From assembly GCA_044222475.1 (NCBI GenBank), contig JBGANF010000037.1, positions 1 through 63,738 of the forward strand: a DNA stretch of 63,738 bases. Reading direction: 5' to 3'. A program made the position numbers and the translations under genes. Below the pieces are notes generated by a model. The model saw only the letters and a program-made list of their open reading frames with translations. It was not told the origin of the DNA and searched no databases. The DNA comes from Polyangiaceae bacterium. Its GTDB lineage: Bacteria; Myxococcota_A; Polyangia; Polyangiales; Polyangiaceae. Below are positions 46,278 through 55,716 of the stretch, in pieces (position 1 is the first letter of the stretch; each line of letters opens with the position of its first letter).

Positions 46278-48275
46278 TCAGTCCTTCGAGGAGCTGAAGA
46301 TGAGCGGGTAGTTCACGGTCGAGCTGTCGCTCGACGCCGGGAACACCAGGCTTCGGCTCACCGCCAACACGCACGTCGTGACCACCGGCGACGACAGCGT
46401 CGCGCCGTTCCCCACGCTCGCTGCCGTGACCTTGCCGTCGGTGCCGATGACGATCGTGAGCGGGATCTTCCCAGTGAGCCCCGGATCCTGAGCGAGCCCC
46501 TTGTCGTAGCAGGCGCGAAATCGCCCGCGCGCGGCGCCGATGACGCGCTGGATGTCGGCCGGCGTTCGGGTACCCGCTGGCGGAGGCGCGCTCGGCGTGA
46601 CGGTCGGCGCCGTCACGAGCGGCGGCGGCGGCGGCGTAGTGGCGATCGTCGCCGAGGTCCCGGAGGCCTTCCTCGAGAACGAGAACAGCCCGGGGTTGTC
46701 CATCGAGCCGTTCTTCAGCCGATACGCCCCCGCGCACGTCTGGTAGCCGCTCGCCGTCGTGCAGTGGAGGCCGATCGACTGCGGTGACGCAGTCCACCCC
46801 TCGCTCGCCCTGCCCGACACACAGCCTCGCAGCGTCTTCGGCGTCCCGGTGTCGTCGAAGTCGAGGTTGCACGTGAACTTGAACTGGTTGTCGATCGTGA
46901 GCGCGTAGCCCTCGCCCTTCGAGACGATCCGCGCGCCGCGCGCAGCGGCCGCGTCGTTGTCACCGCCGCTGAGCGGTCCGGCGAGCCACGCCGCGATCGA
47001 CTGCTCGCGCGGATCGGGTCCGGGCACGAGCTCCGGGACGAACGACGGAGTGGGCGCGGTCGAGAGCACGACCGGAGGGGTCGTCGCGACCGTGACCGGA
47101 GGGCCCGCCACCGGGACGGGCGAGCTCGATCGAAACGCGACGAACGCAGCGATGGCGCCTCCTGCGACGAGGAAAAGGAGGAGCGCTGCGATCCCGATCA
47201 CGATCCCCGCCGAGCCCCCGCCCTGCGGCTCCGCTGCCGCCGGCGTCGGGTAGCGCACCTGAGGCTCGAGCGCCGGCGTCCCTTGGCGCATCGCGAACGA
47301 GCCGCTGCCTGGCACGCTGGGCACTCGAGTCGGCGCCGAGCCGAAGCCGTACCCTGGTTGCGGCGTCGGCGCCGAGCGCCAATCGTTCGCGGTGGTGCCG
47401 GGCCCACCGCGGAGCGCGGCGACGAGCGCTGCGCCGAACGCATGGGCGTCGGGGAAGCGCTCTTGAGGCGCGCGCGTCACCGAGCGCGCGAATACGGCGT
47501 CGAACGCGGGCGAAAGCGGCGTGCCCCGCTCGGCCGCGCGCGCGCTCGCTGGCGCGATGGGCTCGAAGAGGATCTCGCGCATGAGCTGGGCGACCGACGT
47601 ATCTGCTCCGGCGGAAGCCCAATAAGGCTTCCCGGTCAGCAAGTAGAACGCGAGGAGGCCGAGCGCCCACACGTCGGCAGCGGGCGAGATCGGTCCGCGC
47701 TCGGTCTGCTCCGGCGCGAGCCACATCGGAGAGCCCATCGCAGCCGTCGACTTGCCCGCCCCTTCCGAGAGGAGCTTCGCGATGCCGAAGTCGAGCACCT
47801 TCACCGTGAACGCGGCGCCGGCACGGCGGGCCTTCGCGAGGAAGACGTTCTCCGGCTTGAGATCGCGATGCACGATCCCTGCGGTGTGTGCCGCGCCCAC
47901 CGCGTGGCAGAGCTGCTCGAAGATCTCGGCGACTTCGCTCGGCGGGAGCGGCCCACGCCGCCTCACGCACGCCTCGAGGTCTTCGCCATCGAGAAGCTCC
48001 ATCACGAGGTACGGCGATTGACTCGCGAGGTCCACGCCGGCGGCGACGACTTGCACGACGTGCTCGCTCTCGATCCGCGCGCCGACGCGCGCCTCTTGCT
48101 CGAACTTGCGGCGCATCTCCTCGTTCTGGAGGAGCCCGGAGTGCATCAGTTTCAACGCGCGGCGCTGGCCGGTGCTGATCTGCTCGACCACGAAGAGCGC
48201 ACCCATCCCGCCGGCGCCGAGCGGGCGCACGATGCGGTAGTCCCAGGCGAACGTGCTCCCCGGCGCGAGGTTCAT
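46278..48275 (-). CDS. Ser/Thr protein kinase with TM and AgmX/PglI C-terminal domain
   Basis: Kinase motifs; DIQRVIGAARGRFRACYDKGLAQDPGLTGKI...VNYPLIF. Confidence 0.92.
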   Translation of the reverse strand: MNLAPGSTFAWDYRIVRPLGAGGMGALFVVEQISTGQRRALKLMHSGLLQNEEMRRKFEQEARVGARIESEHVVQVVAAGVDLASQSPYLVMELLDGEDLEACVRRRGPLPPSEVAEIFEQLCHAVGAAHTAGIVHRDLKPENVFLAKARRAGAAFTVKVLDFGIAKLLSEGAGKSTAAMGSPMWLAPEQTERGPISPAADVWALGLLAFYLLTGKPYWASAGADTSVAQLMREILFEPIAPASARAAERGTPLSPAFDAVFARSVTRAPQERFPDAHAFGAALVAALRGGPGTTANDWRSAPTPQPGYGFGSAPTRVPSVPGSGSFAMRQGTPALEPQVRYPTPAAAEPQGGGSAGIVIGIAALLLFLVAGGAIAAFVAFRSSSPVPVAGPPVTVATTPPVVLSTAPTPSFVPELVPGPDPREQSIAAWLAGPLSGGDNDAAAARGARIVSKGEGYALTIDNQFKFTCNLDFDDTGTPKTLRGCVSGRASEGWTASPQSIGLHCTTASGYQTCAGAYRLKNGSMDNPGLFSFSRKASGTSATIATTPPPPPLVTAPTVTPSAPPPAGTRTPADIQRVIGAARGRFRACYDKGLAQDPGLTGKIPLTIVIGTDGKVTAASVGNGATLSSPVVTTCVLAVSRSLVFPASSDSSTVNYPLIFSSSKD

Positions 48276-48372
48276 CCTTCTTCACGGTACCACCGGTTGC
48301 CCCGGCCCCGAGCGTCTGGCACATTCCCCGCCACCGACGGGGCCTCCGGGCATCGAATCGGGGGAATTCGCC

Positions 48373-49596
48373 ATGTCCGACCAGCTCTCTGCCGATCTCG
48401 CGTCGCTTCGAATCGACCGCAGCGCCAAGCCGCGGCGGAGCGTGTTCAGCGTGATCTGGAAGCTCGCGCTCGTCGTGGCCGTCGTGTGGATCGGCGTCGC
48501 CTATGCCGCTCCGGCCGTGTCCGCGAAGTTCTTCCGCACCGAGGTCGACGTCACCGAGATCGCTTCGATCTCCCCGGCCCAGGCCGACGTCGAGCTCACC
48601 GCGACCGGCTACGTGATCCCTCAGATCACGGCGAAGGTCGGGGCGAAGGTCATCGGTCGCATCGCGCGGGTCAACGTGCGCGAAGGGCAGACCGTCAAGG
48701 CCGGCGACGTGCTCTTCGAGCTCGACGCGCTCGATCAGCAGGCGGCCGTGCAATCGGCCAACGCGCGCGCGGCCGCCGCGGCAGCGCGCATCTCGACCGC
48801 CAAGGCCGCGACCGCCGAGACGCAGCTCAACTACGATCGGCAGAAGAAGCTCGCCGAGAGCGGCACCGTCCCAAAAGCCACCGTCGACGATCTCGGCGCT
48901 CGCCTCGCCGCGCTCGACGCGCAGACGAAAGCGGCCGAGGCCGAAGCCGCGGCCGCTCGCGCCGAGGCCGGAGCGCTCGCGACCGGCCTCGGCAACCTGC
49001 GGATCGCCTCGCCGATCGACGGCACCGCGGTGACGAAGCCAGCGAGCGTCGGTGACATCGCGGGCCCCGGCAACCTCACCTCGCTCGTCGAGCTCGTCGA
49101 CTTCAAGAGCCTCCTCGTCGAGGTCGACGTGCCCGAGGGCCGCCTTGGCGTCGTCCACAAGGGCGGCCCGTGCGAGATCGTGCTCGACGCGCTCGCTCCG
49201 GCGCGCTTCCCCGGCGAGGTGCTCGAGCTCGGGCCGAAGCTCAACCGCGCGAAGGCGACCGGCCTCGTGAAGGTGAAGTTCGACGCGATCCCCGAAGACC
49301 TGCGCCCCGAGATGAGCGCCCGCGTGAGCTTCCGCAAGAAGAAGATGACCGAGGACGAGACCAAAGCCGGCATGAAGACGGTCGTCCCCGCCGCCGCCAT
49401 CGTCGACGGAGCCGATGGAAAGTCGGTCTTCGTCATCGACGGCGGCAAGATCAAGAAGACGCCGATTCAGCTCGGCGAACAGCTCGGGACGGGATTCGTC
49501 GTCCTCGGCGGTCCGGGACCGGGCACCCGCGTCGTCAAGGATCCCCCGAAGGATCTGGCCGACGGTCAGACCATCAAGGAGAAGGCCCCGTCATGA
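48373..49596 (+). CDS. Periplasmic adaptor (membrane fusion protein), MacA-like
   Basis: N-terminal TM; ATGYV...GRIARVNVREGQTVKAGDVLFELD; coiled coil; IASPIDG; PEMSARV. Confidence 0.9.
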   Translation: MSDQLSADLASLRIDRSAKPRRSVFSVIWKLALVVAVVWIGVAYAAPAVSAKFFRTEVDVTEIASISPAQADVELTATGYVIPQITAKVGAKVIGRIARVNVREGQTVKAGDVLFELDALDQQAAVQSANARAAAAAARISTAKAATAETQLNYDRQKKLAESGTVPKATVDDLGARLAALDAQTKAAEAEAAAARAEAGALATGLGNLRIASPIDGTAVTKPASVGDIAGPGNLTSLVELVDFKSLLVEVDVPEGRLGVVHKGGPCEIVLDALAPARFPGEVLELGPKLNRAKATGLVKVKFDAIPEDLRPEMSARVSFRKKKMTEDETKAGMKTVVPAAAIVDGADGKSVFVIDGGKIKKTPIQLGEQLGTGFVVLGGPGPGTRVVKDPPKDLADGQTIKEKAPS

Positions 49597-50315
49597 GCGA
49601 CGTCGCACCGGATTCCTACCGCCAGCCCGCCAAGGAGACGAAAGAGGCGCTCATCAAGCTTCGGTCGGTCACGAAGACGTATACCCGCGGCGACGAGACG
49701 GTGAAGGTCCTCGAGAACCTCGATCTCGACATCCACCGCGGCGCGTTCGAAGCCCTCATGGGGCCGAGCGGCAGCGGGAAGACGACGCTCCTCAATTTGA
49801 TCGCCGGTCTCGACAGCCCCACCAGCGGCACGATCGACATCGACGGCAAGCGGATCGATCAGATGCGCGAGGGCGCGCTCGCCGGTTGGCGCTCGAACCA
49901 CGTCGGCTTCATCTTCCAGTCGTACAACCTGTTACCGGTCCTCACCGCGGTCGAGAACGTGGAGCTCCCGCTCCTCCTCACGCCGGTACCGAGCAGCGAG
50001 CGCCGCAAACGCGCCGAGACGGCGCTCAAGATCGTCGGCCTCAGCGATCGCATGGGCCACTACCCGCGGCAGCTCTCCGGCGGGCAAGAGCAACGCGTCG
50101 CGATCGCGCGCGCCGTCGTGAACGACCCGCTGATCATCGTCGCCGACGAGCCCACCGGCGATCTCGATCGCCACAGCGCCGACGAGATCCTCGGGCTCAT
50201 GGAGCGGCTCAACCGCGAGATGGGGAAGACCATCTTGATGGTCACGCACGACCCGGCCGCCGCCGAGCGAGCGACGCTCACCCGCCACGTCGACAAGGGG
50301 AGGCTCCGCACATGA
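49593..50315 (+). CDS. ABC ATP-binding protein (MacB/LolD type)
   Basis: GPSGSGKTT, GFIFQSYNL, LSGGQEQRVAIARA, ADEPTGDLD, VTHD. Confidence 0.95.
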   Translation: MSDVAPDSYRQPAKETKEALIKLRSVTKTYTRGDETVKVLENLDLDIHRGAFEALMGPSGSGKTTLLNLIAGLDSPTSGTIDIDGKRIDQMREGALAGWRSNHVGFIFQSYNLLPVLTAVENVELPLLLTPVPSSERRKRAETALKIVGLSDRMGHYPRQLSGGQEQRVAIARAVVNDPLIIVADEPTGDLDRHSADEILGLMERLNREMGKTILMVTHDPAAAERATLTRHVDKGRLRT

Positions 50316-51499
50316 CGTTCGTCGGCCTCGCGGCGAGGAACCTCCTTCGCAACAAGGTGAGGACGGCGCTGACGGTGATGGGGGTCGCGGTGGCGGTCGT
50401 CACCTTCCTCCTGCTCCGCACCGCGGTGTCCTCGTGGACGGCCGGCGCGGACTACGCCGCGAAGGACCGCCTCGTGACGCGCCACAAAGTGACGTTCGTG
50501 ATGCCGCTGCCCAAGCGCTACGTCGAGAACGTGCGCGCGCACCAAGGCGAGCTCGGCGTCAAACAGGTCACGTGGGCGAACTGGTTCGGTGGCAAGGACC
50601 CGGCTCACGACACCGAGTTCTTCGCGAACTTCGCGGTCGACGCGAAGACCTACTTCGAGGTCATGCCCGAGCTCATCGTCCCGCCCGATCAGATGGCCGC
50701 GTTCCAAGAGGATCGCACCGGTGCGGTCGTCGGAGACGTCCTCGCGGCGAAGATGGGGTGGAAGCTCGGGAGCAAGGTCACGATCGAGAGCGGCATCTAC
50801 CCGAACGAGCCCGACAAACCGTGGACGTTCACGATCGACGCGATCTACACCGCGACCGCGCGCAACGTCGATCGCTCGTCGTTCATGTTCCACTGGGACT
50901 ACATGAACGACGGTCTGCCCCAGAACCGCCGGGACGAAGTCGGTTGGATCATGGCCAAGGTCAACGATCCGACCCGCACCGCCGAAACGGGCATGGCGAT
51001 CGACAAGATGTTCGAGGAGCAGGAGATCCAAACGCTCTCGCAGGACGAGCACGCGTTCAACCAGTCGTTCCTCGCCGGCTTCTCGGCGGTGCTCAAGGCG
51101 CTCGACATCATCTCGGTCGCGATCCTCGGGATCATGATGCTCATCCTCGGCAACACGATCGCGATGGGCGTGCGTGAGCGCACGAGCGAGATCGCGACGA
51201 TGCGCGCGATCGGCTTTCTCCCGAAGCACATCGCGTTCTGGGTGCTCGGTGAGGCCGCGGTCCTTGGGATGATCGGCGGCCTGGTCGGGATCGCGCTCGG
51301 CTACCCCTTCATCGAGATGGGGCTGGGTCGCTGGCTCGAAGAGAACCTCGGCGGGTTCTTCCCGTTCTTCCGCATCCCGCCGCTGATGGCCGTCGCGTCG
51401 TTCTTCATGGCGACGCTGCTCGGTGTCGCCGCGTCGCTCGTCCCGGCCTGGGGCGCGGCGCGACTCCACGTCACCGAAGGCCTGCGGAGGATCGCATGA
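50312..51499 (+). CDS. ABC permease, MacB/FtsX family
   Basis: RNLLRNKVRTALT; ERTSEIATMRAIGF. Confidence 0.92.
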   Translation: MTFVGLAARNLLRNKVRTALTVMGVAVAVVTFLLLRTAVSSWTAGADYAAKDRLVTRHKVTFVMPLPKRYVENVRAHQGELGVKQVTWANWFGGKDPAHDTEFFANFAVDAKTYFEVMPELIVPPDQMAAFQEDRTGAVVGDVLAAKMGWKLGSKVTIESGIYPNEPDKPWTFTIDAIYTATARNVDRSSFMFHWDYMNDGLPQNRRDEVGWIMAKVNDPTRTAETGMAIDKMFEEQEIQTLSQDEHAFNQSFLAGFSAVLKALDIISVAILGIMMLILGNTIAMGVRERTSEIATMRAIGFLPKHIAFWVLGEAAVLGMIGGLVGIALGYPFIEMGLGRWLEENLGGFFPFFRIPPLMAVASFFMATLLGVAASLVPAWGAARLHVTEGLRRIA

Positions 51500-52665
51500 T
51501 CATCCCGCTTCGGTACAACCTGCGGAGCCTCTTCGTGCGCAAGCTCACGACCGCGGCGACGGCGTTCGGCATCGCGCTCGTCGTGTTCGTGCTCGCGGCC
51601 GCGCTCATGCTGTCCGAGGGCGTGAAGCGCACGCTCGGGAGCGCGGGCCGCTCCGACGTCGCGATCGTCCTCCGCAAAGGCTCCGACGCGGAGCTCGGCA
51701 GCGGCGTCGACGATCCGCAGGTCGGCGTCGTGATGAGCTTCGCCGGCGTGAAGCGCAGCCCCAAGGGCGAGCCGCTCGGCGCGGCCGAGACGGTCGTGAT
51801 CACGTCGCTCGAGAAATACGGCGCCGAGGGCTTCGCCAACGTACAGGTGCGCGGCGTGAGCGCCGGCTCGTACGATCTCCGGCCCGGCATCCACGTCGTC
51901 GAGGGTCGCCGTCCGAACCCCGGCGCGGACGAAGTGATGGTCGGCGCGCGGATCGCCGGCCGCATGAAGGGCCTCGGTCTCGGTCAATCGTTCGACATCA
52001 AGAAGAACCGGCCGGTGAAGGTCGTCGGAGTCTTCGAGGACGGCGGCTCGTCGCACGAGTCCGAGGTCTGGATCGACGACGACGTCCTCCGCACGAGCTA
52101 CGGCCGCCTCGGGACGCAGTCGAGCGTGCGCGTCGTGTTGGACTCGCCGGCCGCGTTCGACGCGTACAAGGTCGCGGTCGAGAGCGACAAGCGCATGGGC
52201 CTGATGGCGATGCGCGAGACCACCTATTACGAGAAGCAGTCGCAAGGTCTGCGCATCTTCATCACTGTGCTCGGCTCGATGGTCGCGTTCTTCTTCTCGC
52301 TCGGCGCGATGATCGGCGCGACGATCACGATGTACGCGTCGATCGCCAACCGCCAGCGCGAGATCGGGACGCTGCGCGCCCTCGGCTTCTCGCGCCCGGC
52401 GATCCTCCTGTGCTTCCTCTTCGAAGCGGTGGCGCTGTCGGTGATCGGCGGCGCGGTCGGCGCGGTCGCGTCGCTCGGCATGGGCGCGGTGAAGTTCTCG
52501 ATGCTCAACTTTGCGAGCTTCTCCGAGATCGTCTTCACGTTCCGGCCGACGCCGGACATCCTGGGCACTGCGTTGATCGCCGCAGTCGCGATGGGCGTCA
52601 TGGGCGGGTTCCTCCCCGCGGTCCGCGCCGCGCGGACGTCGCCGCTGGCGGCGATGAAGGGCTGA
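51496..52665 (+). CDS. ABC permease, MacB/FtsX family
   Basis: RQREIGTLRALGFSR; GGFLPAVRAAR. Confidence 0.92.
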   Translation: MIIPLRYNLRSLFVRKLTTAATAFGIALVVFVLAAALMLSEGVKRTLGSAGRSDVAIVLRKGSDAELGSGVDDPQVGVVMSFAGVKRSPKGEPLGAAETVVITSLEKYGAEGFANVQVRGVSAGSYDLRPGIHVVEGRRPNPGADEVMVGARIAGRMKGLGLGQSFDIKKNRPVKVVGVFEDGGSSHESEVWIDDDVLRTSYGRLGTQSSVRVVLDSPAAFDAYKVAVESDKRMGLMAMRETTYYEKQSQGLRIFITVLGSMVAFFFSLGAMIGATITMYASIANRQREIGTLRALGFSRPAILLCFLFEAVALSVIGGAVGAVASLGMGAVKFSMLNFASFSEIVFTFRPTPDILGTALIAAVAMGVMGGFLPAVRAARTSPLAAMKG

Positions 52666-52741
52666 TTGTAAGAGCGAACCATACGGTTCTATCTCGACAA
52701 TACTGCTACCGAGTATGGTCAGGCGGCCTCATGGTTCTCTC

Positions 52742-53062
52742 ATGAGCGCACACCGCCTGCTTCCATCGATTGTCTTTGCCAGTACTTCACTGCTCGCCGG
52801 CTGCGGGGGCGAGATCGACTCTCAGACCGTCTACCCCGAGACGCCGGTGCCCGACGCCTCGCCGGTGCCGGTCGAGCTGAAACCGGGGCCCGTGACACCC
52901 GACGCCGGGGTGAACGTCGAGCCCGATGCCCGCGCCTGCGAAGGCGGCTGGCCGACGACGAAAGGTCAGATCTGCACCTTCGACGCAGGCATCGCCTGCT
53001 GCACGAGGAGCTTCGGTGACGAAGCCGATGCCGGGGTCGTCTGCTGCCCGGTGGGACAATGA
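52742..53062 (+). CDS. Small Cys-rich lipoprotein (CEGGWPTTKG motif)
   Basis: Lipobox LAGC; 106 aa; six C-terminal Cys; ATGA-coupled to the next gene. Confidence 0.75.
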   Translation: MSAHRLLPSIVFASTSLLAGCGGEIDSQTVYPETPVPDASPVPVELKPGPVTPDAGVNVEPDARACEGGWPTTKGQICTFDAGIACCTRSFGDEADAGVVCCPVGQ

Positions 53063-53838
53063 TCTCGGCGGAAGGACGGTGGGGCGGCGCGGTGACGAGC
53101 CGCCCGCTGCCGACGGCCGACGGCGAGGTCACCGAGATCGACCCGACCCTGCGCGAGCACCTCGCGCGGATCTGGCTGAGCCAGGCGGCGACCGAGGCTC
53201 GGGTGGCGAAGTCGTTCGCGCTCGTGCACGAGTCGCTCGTCGCGCTCGGGGCCGACGAGGGGCTCGTCTCGGTGAGCAAGCGCGCGATCGACGACGAGCA
53301 TCGTCACACCGAGCTGTGCCGAGAGATGGCGCGGCGCTACTTCGGCGCCGAGGTGACCGCCACGCCGGTGCTGCCGTTCGCGCCGCCGCGGCACGAGCTC
53401 GCGAAGAGCGAAGAAGAGCGTCGGGCGCTCTGGGTCGTCGGTCAGTGCGCGTTCAACGAGACGTTCGCGAGCGCGTACCTGTCGCTGTGCCACGAGCGCG
53501 CCGAGGTCGGGCTTCCGCGAGCGGCGCTCCGCGAGCTGCTCTCCGACGAGATCGATCACGCGCGCATCGGGTGGGCGTACCTCGCGACGTTGCCGCGGCA
53601 CCTGCGCGCGGCGATCGACGATTGGCTCCTCCCGCTCGCGATCTGCAACCTCCGCGAGTGGCGGAGCGTGCGTCTCTCGGAGGACGCGTCGCTGACGAAG
53701 CACGGGATCCCGGCGGCGGCCGAAGTGGAAGAAGCGCTCGTGACCGCGCTGCGCGATCTGATCGTGCCGGGTCTCGCGCACACCGGCTGCGACACGCGCT
53801 CGGTCGAGACCTGGCTGGCGACCGGCGCGCCGACGTGA
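53059..53838 (+). CDS. Ferritin-like (carboxylate-bridged diiron) domain protein
   Basis: E...ExxH...E...ExxH pattern: ATE, DEHRH, FNE, DEIDHARIGW. Confidence 0.82.
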   Translation: MISAEGRWGGAVTSRPLPTADGEVTEIDPTLREHLARIWLSQAATEARVAKSFALVHESLVALGADEGLVSVSKRAIDDEHRHTELCREMARRYFGAEVTATPVLPFAPPRHELAKSEEERRALWVVGQCAFNETFASAYLSLCHERAEVGLPRAALRELLSDEIDHARIGWAYLATLPRHLRAAIDDWLLPLAICNLREWRSVRLSEDASLTKHGIPAAAEVEEALVTALRDLIVPGLAHTGCDTRSVETWLATGAPT

Positions 53839-53846
53839 ATGGCGTG
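53793..53846 (+). repeat. 54-bp direct repeat, copy 1
   Basis: Identical to 54935-54988; covers the 3' end of the ferritin-like gene. Confidence 0.95.
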
Positions 53847-53849
53847 CCG

Positions 53850-54857
53850 TCACCTCGAGAGGGCATTGGCGAGGACCGGCAAGCTCACATCCATCCGGTA
53901 GTCCACCGCCGTGTGATCGTCATCGAACTCCTGGTACGTGTGCGTCACGCCCTGCCGGTCGAGCAGACGATGCATCCGCCGCGCGCCGTAGACCAGGTTG
54001 TATTGGTCGGAGTCGCCGCAATCGATGTAGAGCGCCGCGAGCTTCGCGAGCCCCTTCCCCATCGTCTCCGCCATCACGAGCGGATCCCATCTCATGAAGT
54101 TCTCCCAGCGGTCGGGGATCACCTCGCACGTGTGCACGTCGACCGGGAGCCGCACCCCCATGTACGCCGCGGGATCGGGATCGTACGTCGCGCACATCGC
54201 GAGCATCATCAGGATGTGGAGGTCCGCGTCCTTCACCTTCGGCTGTTTGAAGAAGCTCGTCAGCCAGGCTTCGATCACGTTGCCGTGAGGCTTCAACGCT
54301 CGGAGCACCTTGGGGAACTCGGGCAGGTGGCAGAGCTCGTGCGCCATGTCTCCCGAGTGGGACGCGGCGGCGCTCCAGAACTCCGGGTGCACGAGCGCAT
54401 GAACGAGCGCGCCGTAGCCGCCGGAGCTCTTGCCGAAGATCCCGCGCTTGCCCGGTCCGCCGCAGCCGTACGTCCGCTCGACGAGCGGAACCGCCTCTTG
54501 CAACAGGAAATCGTCCCATCGTCCCATGGCGACCGAGTTGATGTACTGGTTGCCGCCGAGCTTCGTGAAGCAGTCGGGTAGGGCGACGACGACCGGCGGC
54601 ATCCCAGCGGCGATCAACCGGTCCAAGCGCTCGGGCAGGTTCTCGCCGAAGTTCTTCCAGTTCGTGTGGACCGGACCGCCCGCGGTGAACCCGACGATGT
54701 CGACGAGCAACGGGAGCCCGCGACCGTCGTGTCCGTGAGGCACGTAGACGTCGATCATCCGCCGCGTCGGATCGCCGAGCATGTTCGTCTCGAGGACGTC
54801 GCTCTGGATCCAAATCCGGTGCACTGCTCCCGCTGGTGTCGAATGATCGCGCCGCAT
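53850..54857 (-). CDS. Alpha/beta-hydrolase (enterochelin esterase-like)
   Basis: GKSSGGYGAL nucleophile elbow; LGGNQYINS; YIDCG; DDDH. Confidence 0.88.
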   Translation of the reverse strand: MRRDHSTPAGAVHRIWIQSDVLETNMLGDPTRRMIDVYVPHGHDGRGLPLLVDIVGFTAGGPVHTNWKNFGENLPERLDRLIAAGMPPVVVALPDCFTKLGGNQYINSVAMGRWDDFLLQEAVPLVERTYGCGGPGKRGIFGKSSGGYGALVHALVHPEFWSAAASHSGDMAHELCHLPEFPKVLRALKPHGNVIEAWLTSFFKQPKVKDADLHILMMLAMCATYDPDPAAYMGVRLPVDVHTCEVIPDRWENFMRWDPLVMAETMGKGLAKLAALYIDCGDSDQYNLVYGARRMHRLLDRQGVTHTYQEFDDDHTAVDYRMDVSLPVLANALSR

Positions 54858-54934
54858 CGGTGTGCTCCGAACTATACGCCGCGGGCGCACTTCGGTCGCT
54901 AGCAGCTAGTCGATTCGAGGTCGCCCGTTCACTC

Positions 54935-54988
54935 CACGCGCTCGGTCGAGACCTGGCTGGCGACCGGCGCGCCGACGTGAATGGCGTG
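54935..54988 (+). repeat. 54-bp direct repeat, copy 2
   Basis: CACGCGCTCGGTCGAGACCTGGCTGGCGACCGGCGCGCCGACGTGAATGGCGTG. Confidence 0.95.
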
Positions 54989-55065
54989 ACGTGAGCCATG
55001 CTTGGCCGCGACTCGGCGAGTCGACGTCCACGCCGAACGTCAAACGCAACGCCGCGTGCTGCCCG

Positions 55066-55623
55066 TCAGTCCGCGCCGCCGTCGGTGACGGTCGCCGCAT
55101 CCTGCTCCAGCTTGCAGCCCCAAGTGTCGCAGCCGCAGAGCACCTTACATGCGTGTGCCCCGCAGCCGTAGTCTGGGGCAGCGCCGGTGCTGACGCATTC
55201 ACCCTTGCTCATCTGCGTCACGCCGATGATGTTCCCCTGCAGATCGAAGACCATGAAATCACTCGGGCCGTCGCCGGTCGGGGCTCCAAGGCACGACGAC
55301 GTCACGAACAGCGTCGTATTCGTGCAGCCGCGAAGGAGCGTCGCACCGACCATCGGAGCACTGCCCCACGGGACACCGAAGGTGAGCGGCGGGCAGGCCC
55401 CGTCGGGAACGGCGCCATCGAAGGCAGCGAGGTCACTGGCGAGCGTTTCGCCGGCGTCGTAGACCGGGCGTGGACTTCCGCATCCGCACCCGGTGTCGTT
55501 GCCCCCGCAGCCACCCGTTTCGTACCAAACCGTCGCGTCGGTGCTGCTCGCGTCCGCCTGTGCCGCTACGGAATCTCCGCACGCAGCGGATGAGCAGAAG
55601 AGAAGAAAAAGTGCGCCGCGCAT
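55066..55623 (-). CDS. Cys-rich lipoprotein
   Basis: MRGALFLLFCSSAAC signal; many Cys; DAG-type linkers. Confidence 0.65.
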   Translation of the reverse strand: MRGALFLLFCSSAACGDSVAAQADASSTDATVWYETGGCGGNDTGCGCGSPRPVYDAGETLASDLAAFDGAVPDGACPPLTFGVPWGSAPMVGATLLRGCTNTTLFVTSSCLGAPTGDGPSDFMVFDLQGNIIGVTQMSKGECVSTGAAPDYGCGAHACKVLCGCDTWGCKLEQDAATVTDGGAD

Positions 55624-55716
55624 CGGGGAGCTAAACTGTATCCCATCCGACCCACTACAGCGGCTCGTCAAGCCGAACATGCGAAACGTCGACTGGTGCG
55701 TTCTGCGCGGAAAACC

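Noticed and set aside
53793..54988. Prophage or ICE attL/attR
   Set aside because: Only about 1.1 kb enclosed, no integrase and no tRNA target; kept only as an unexplained direct repeat.
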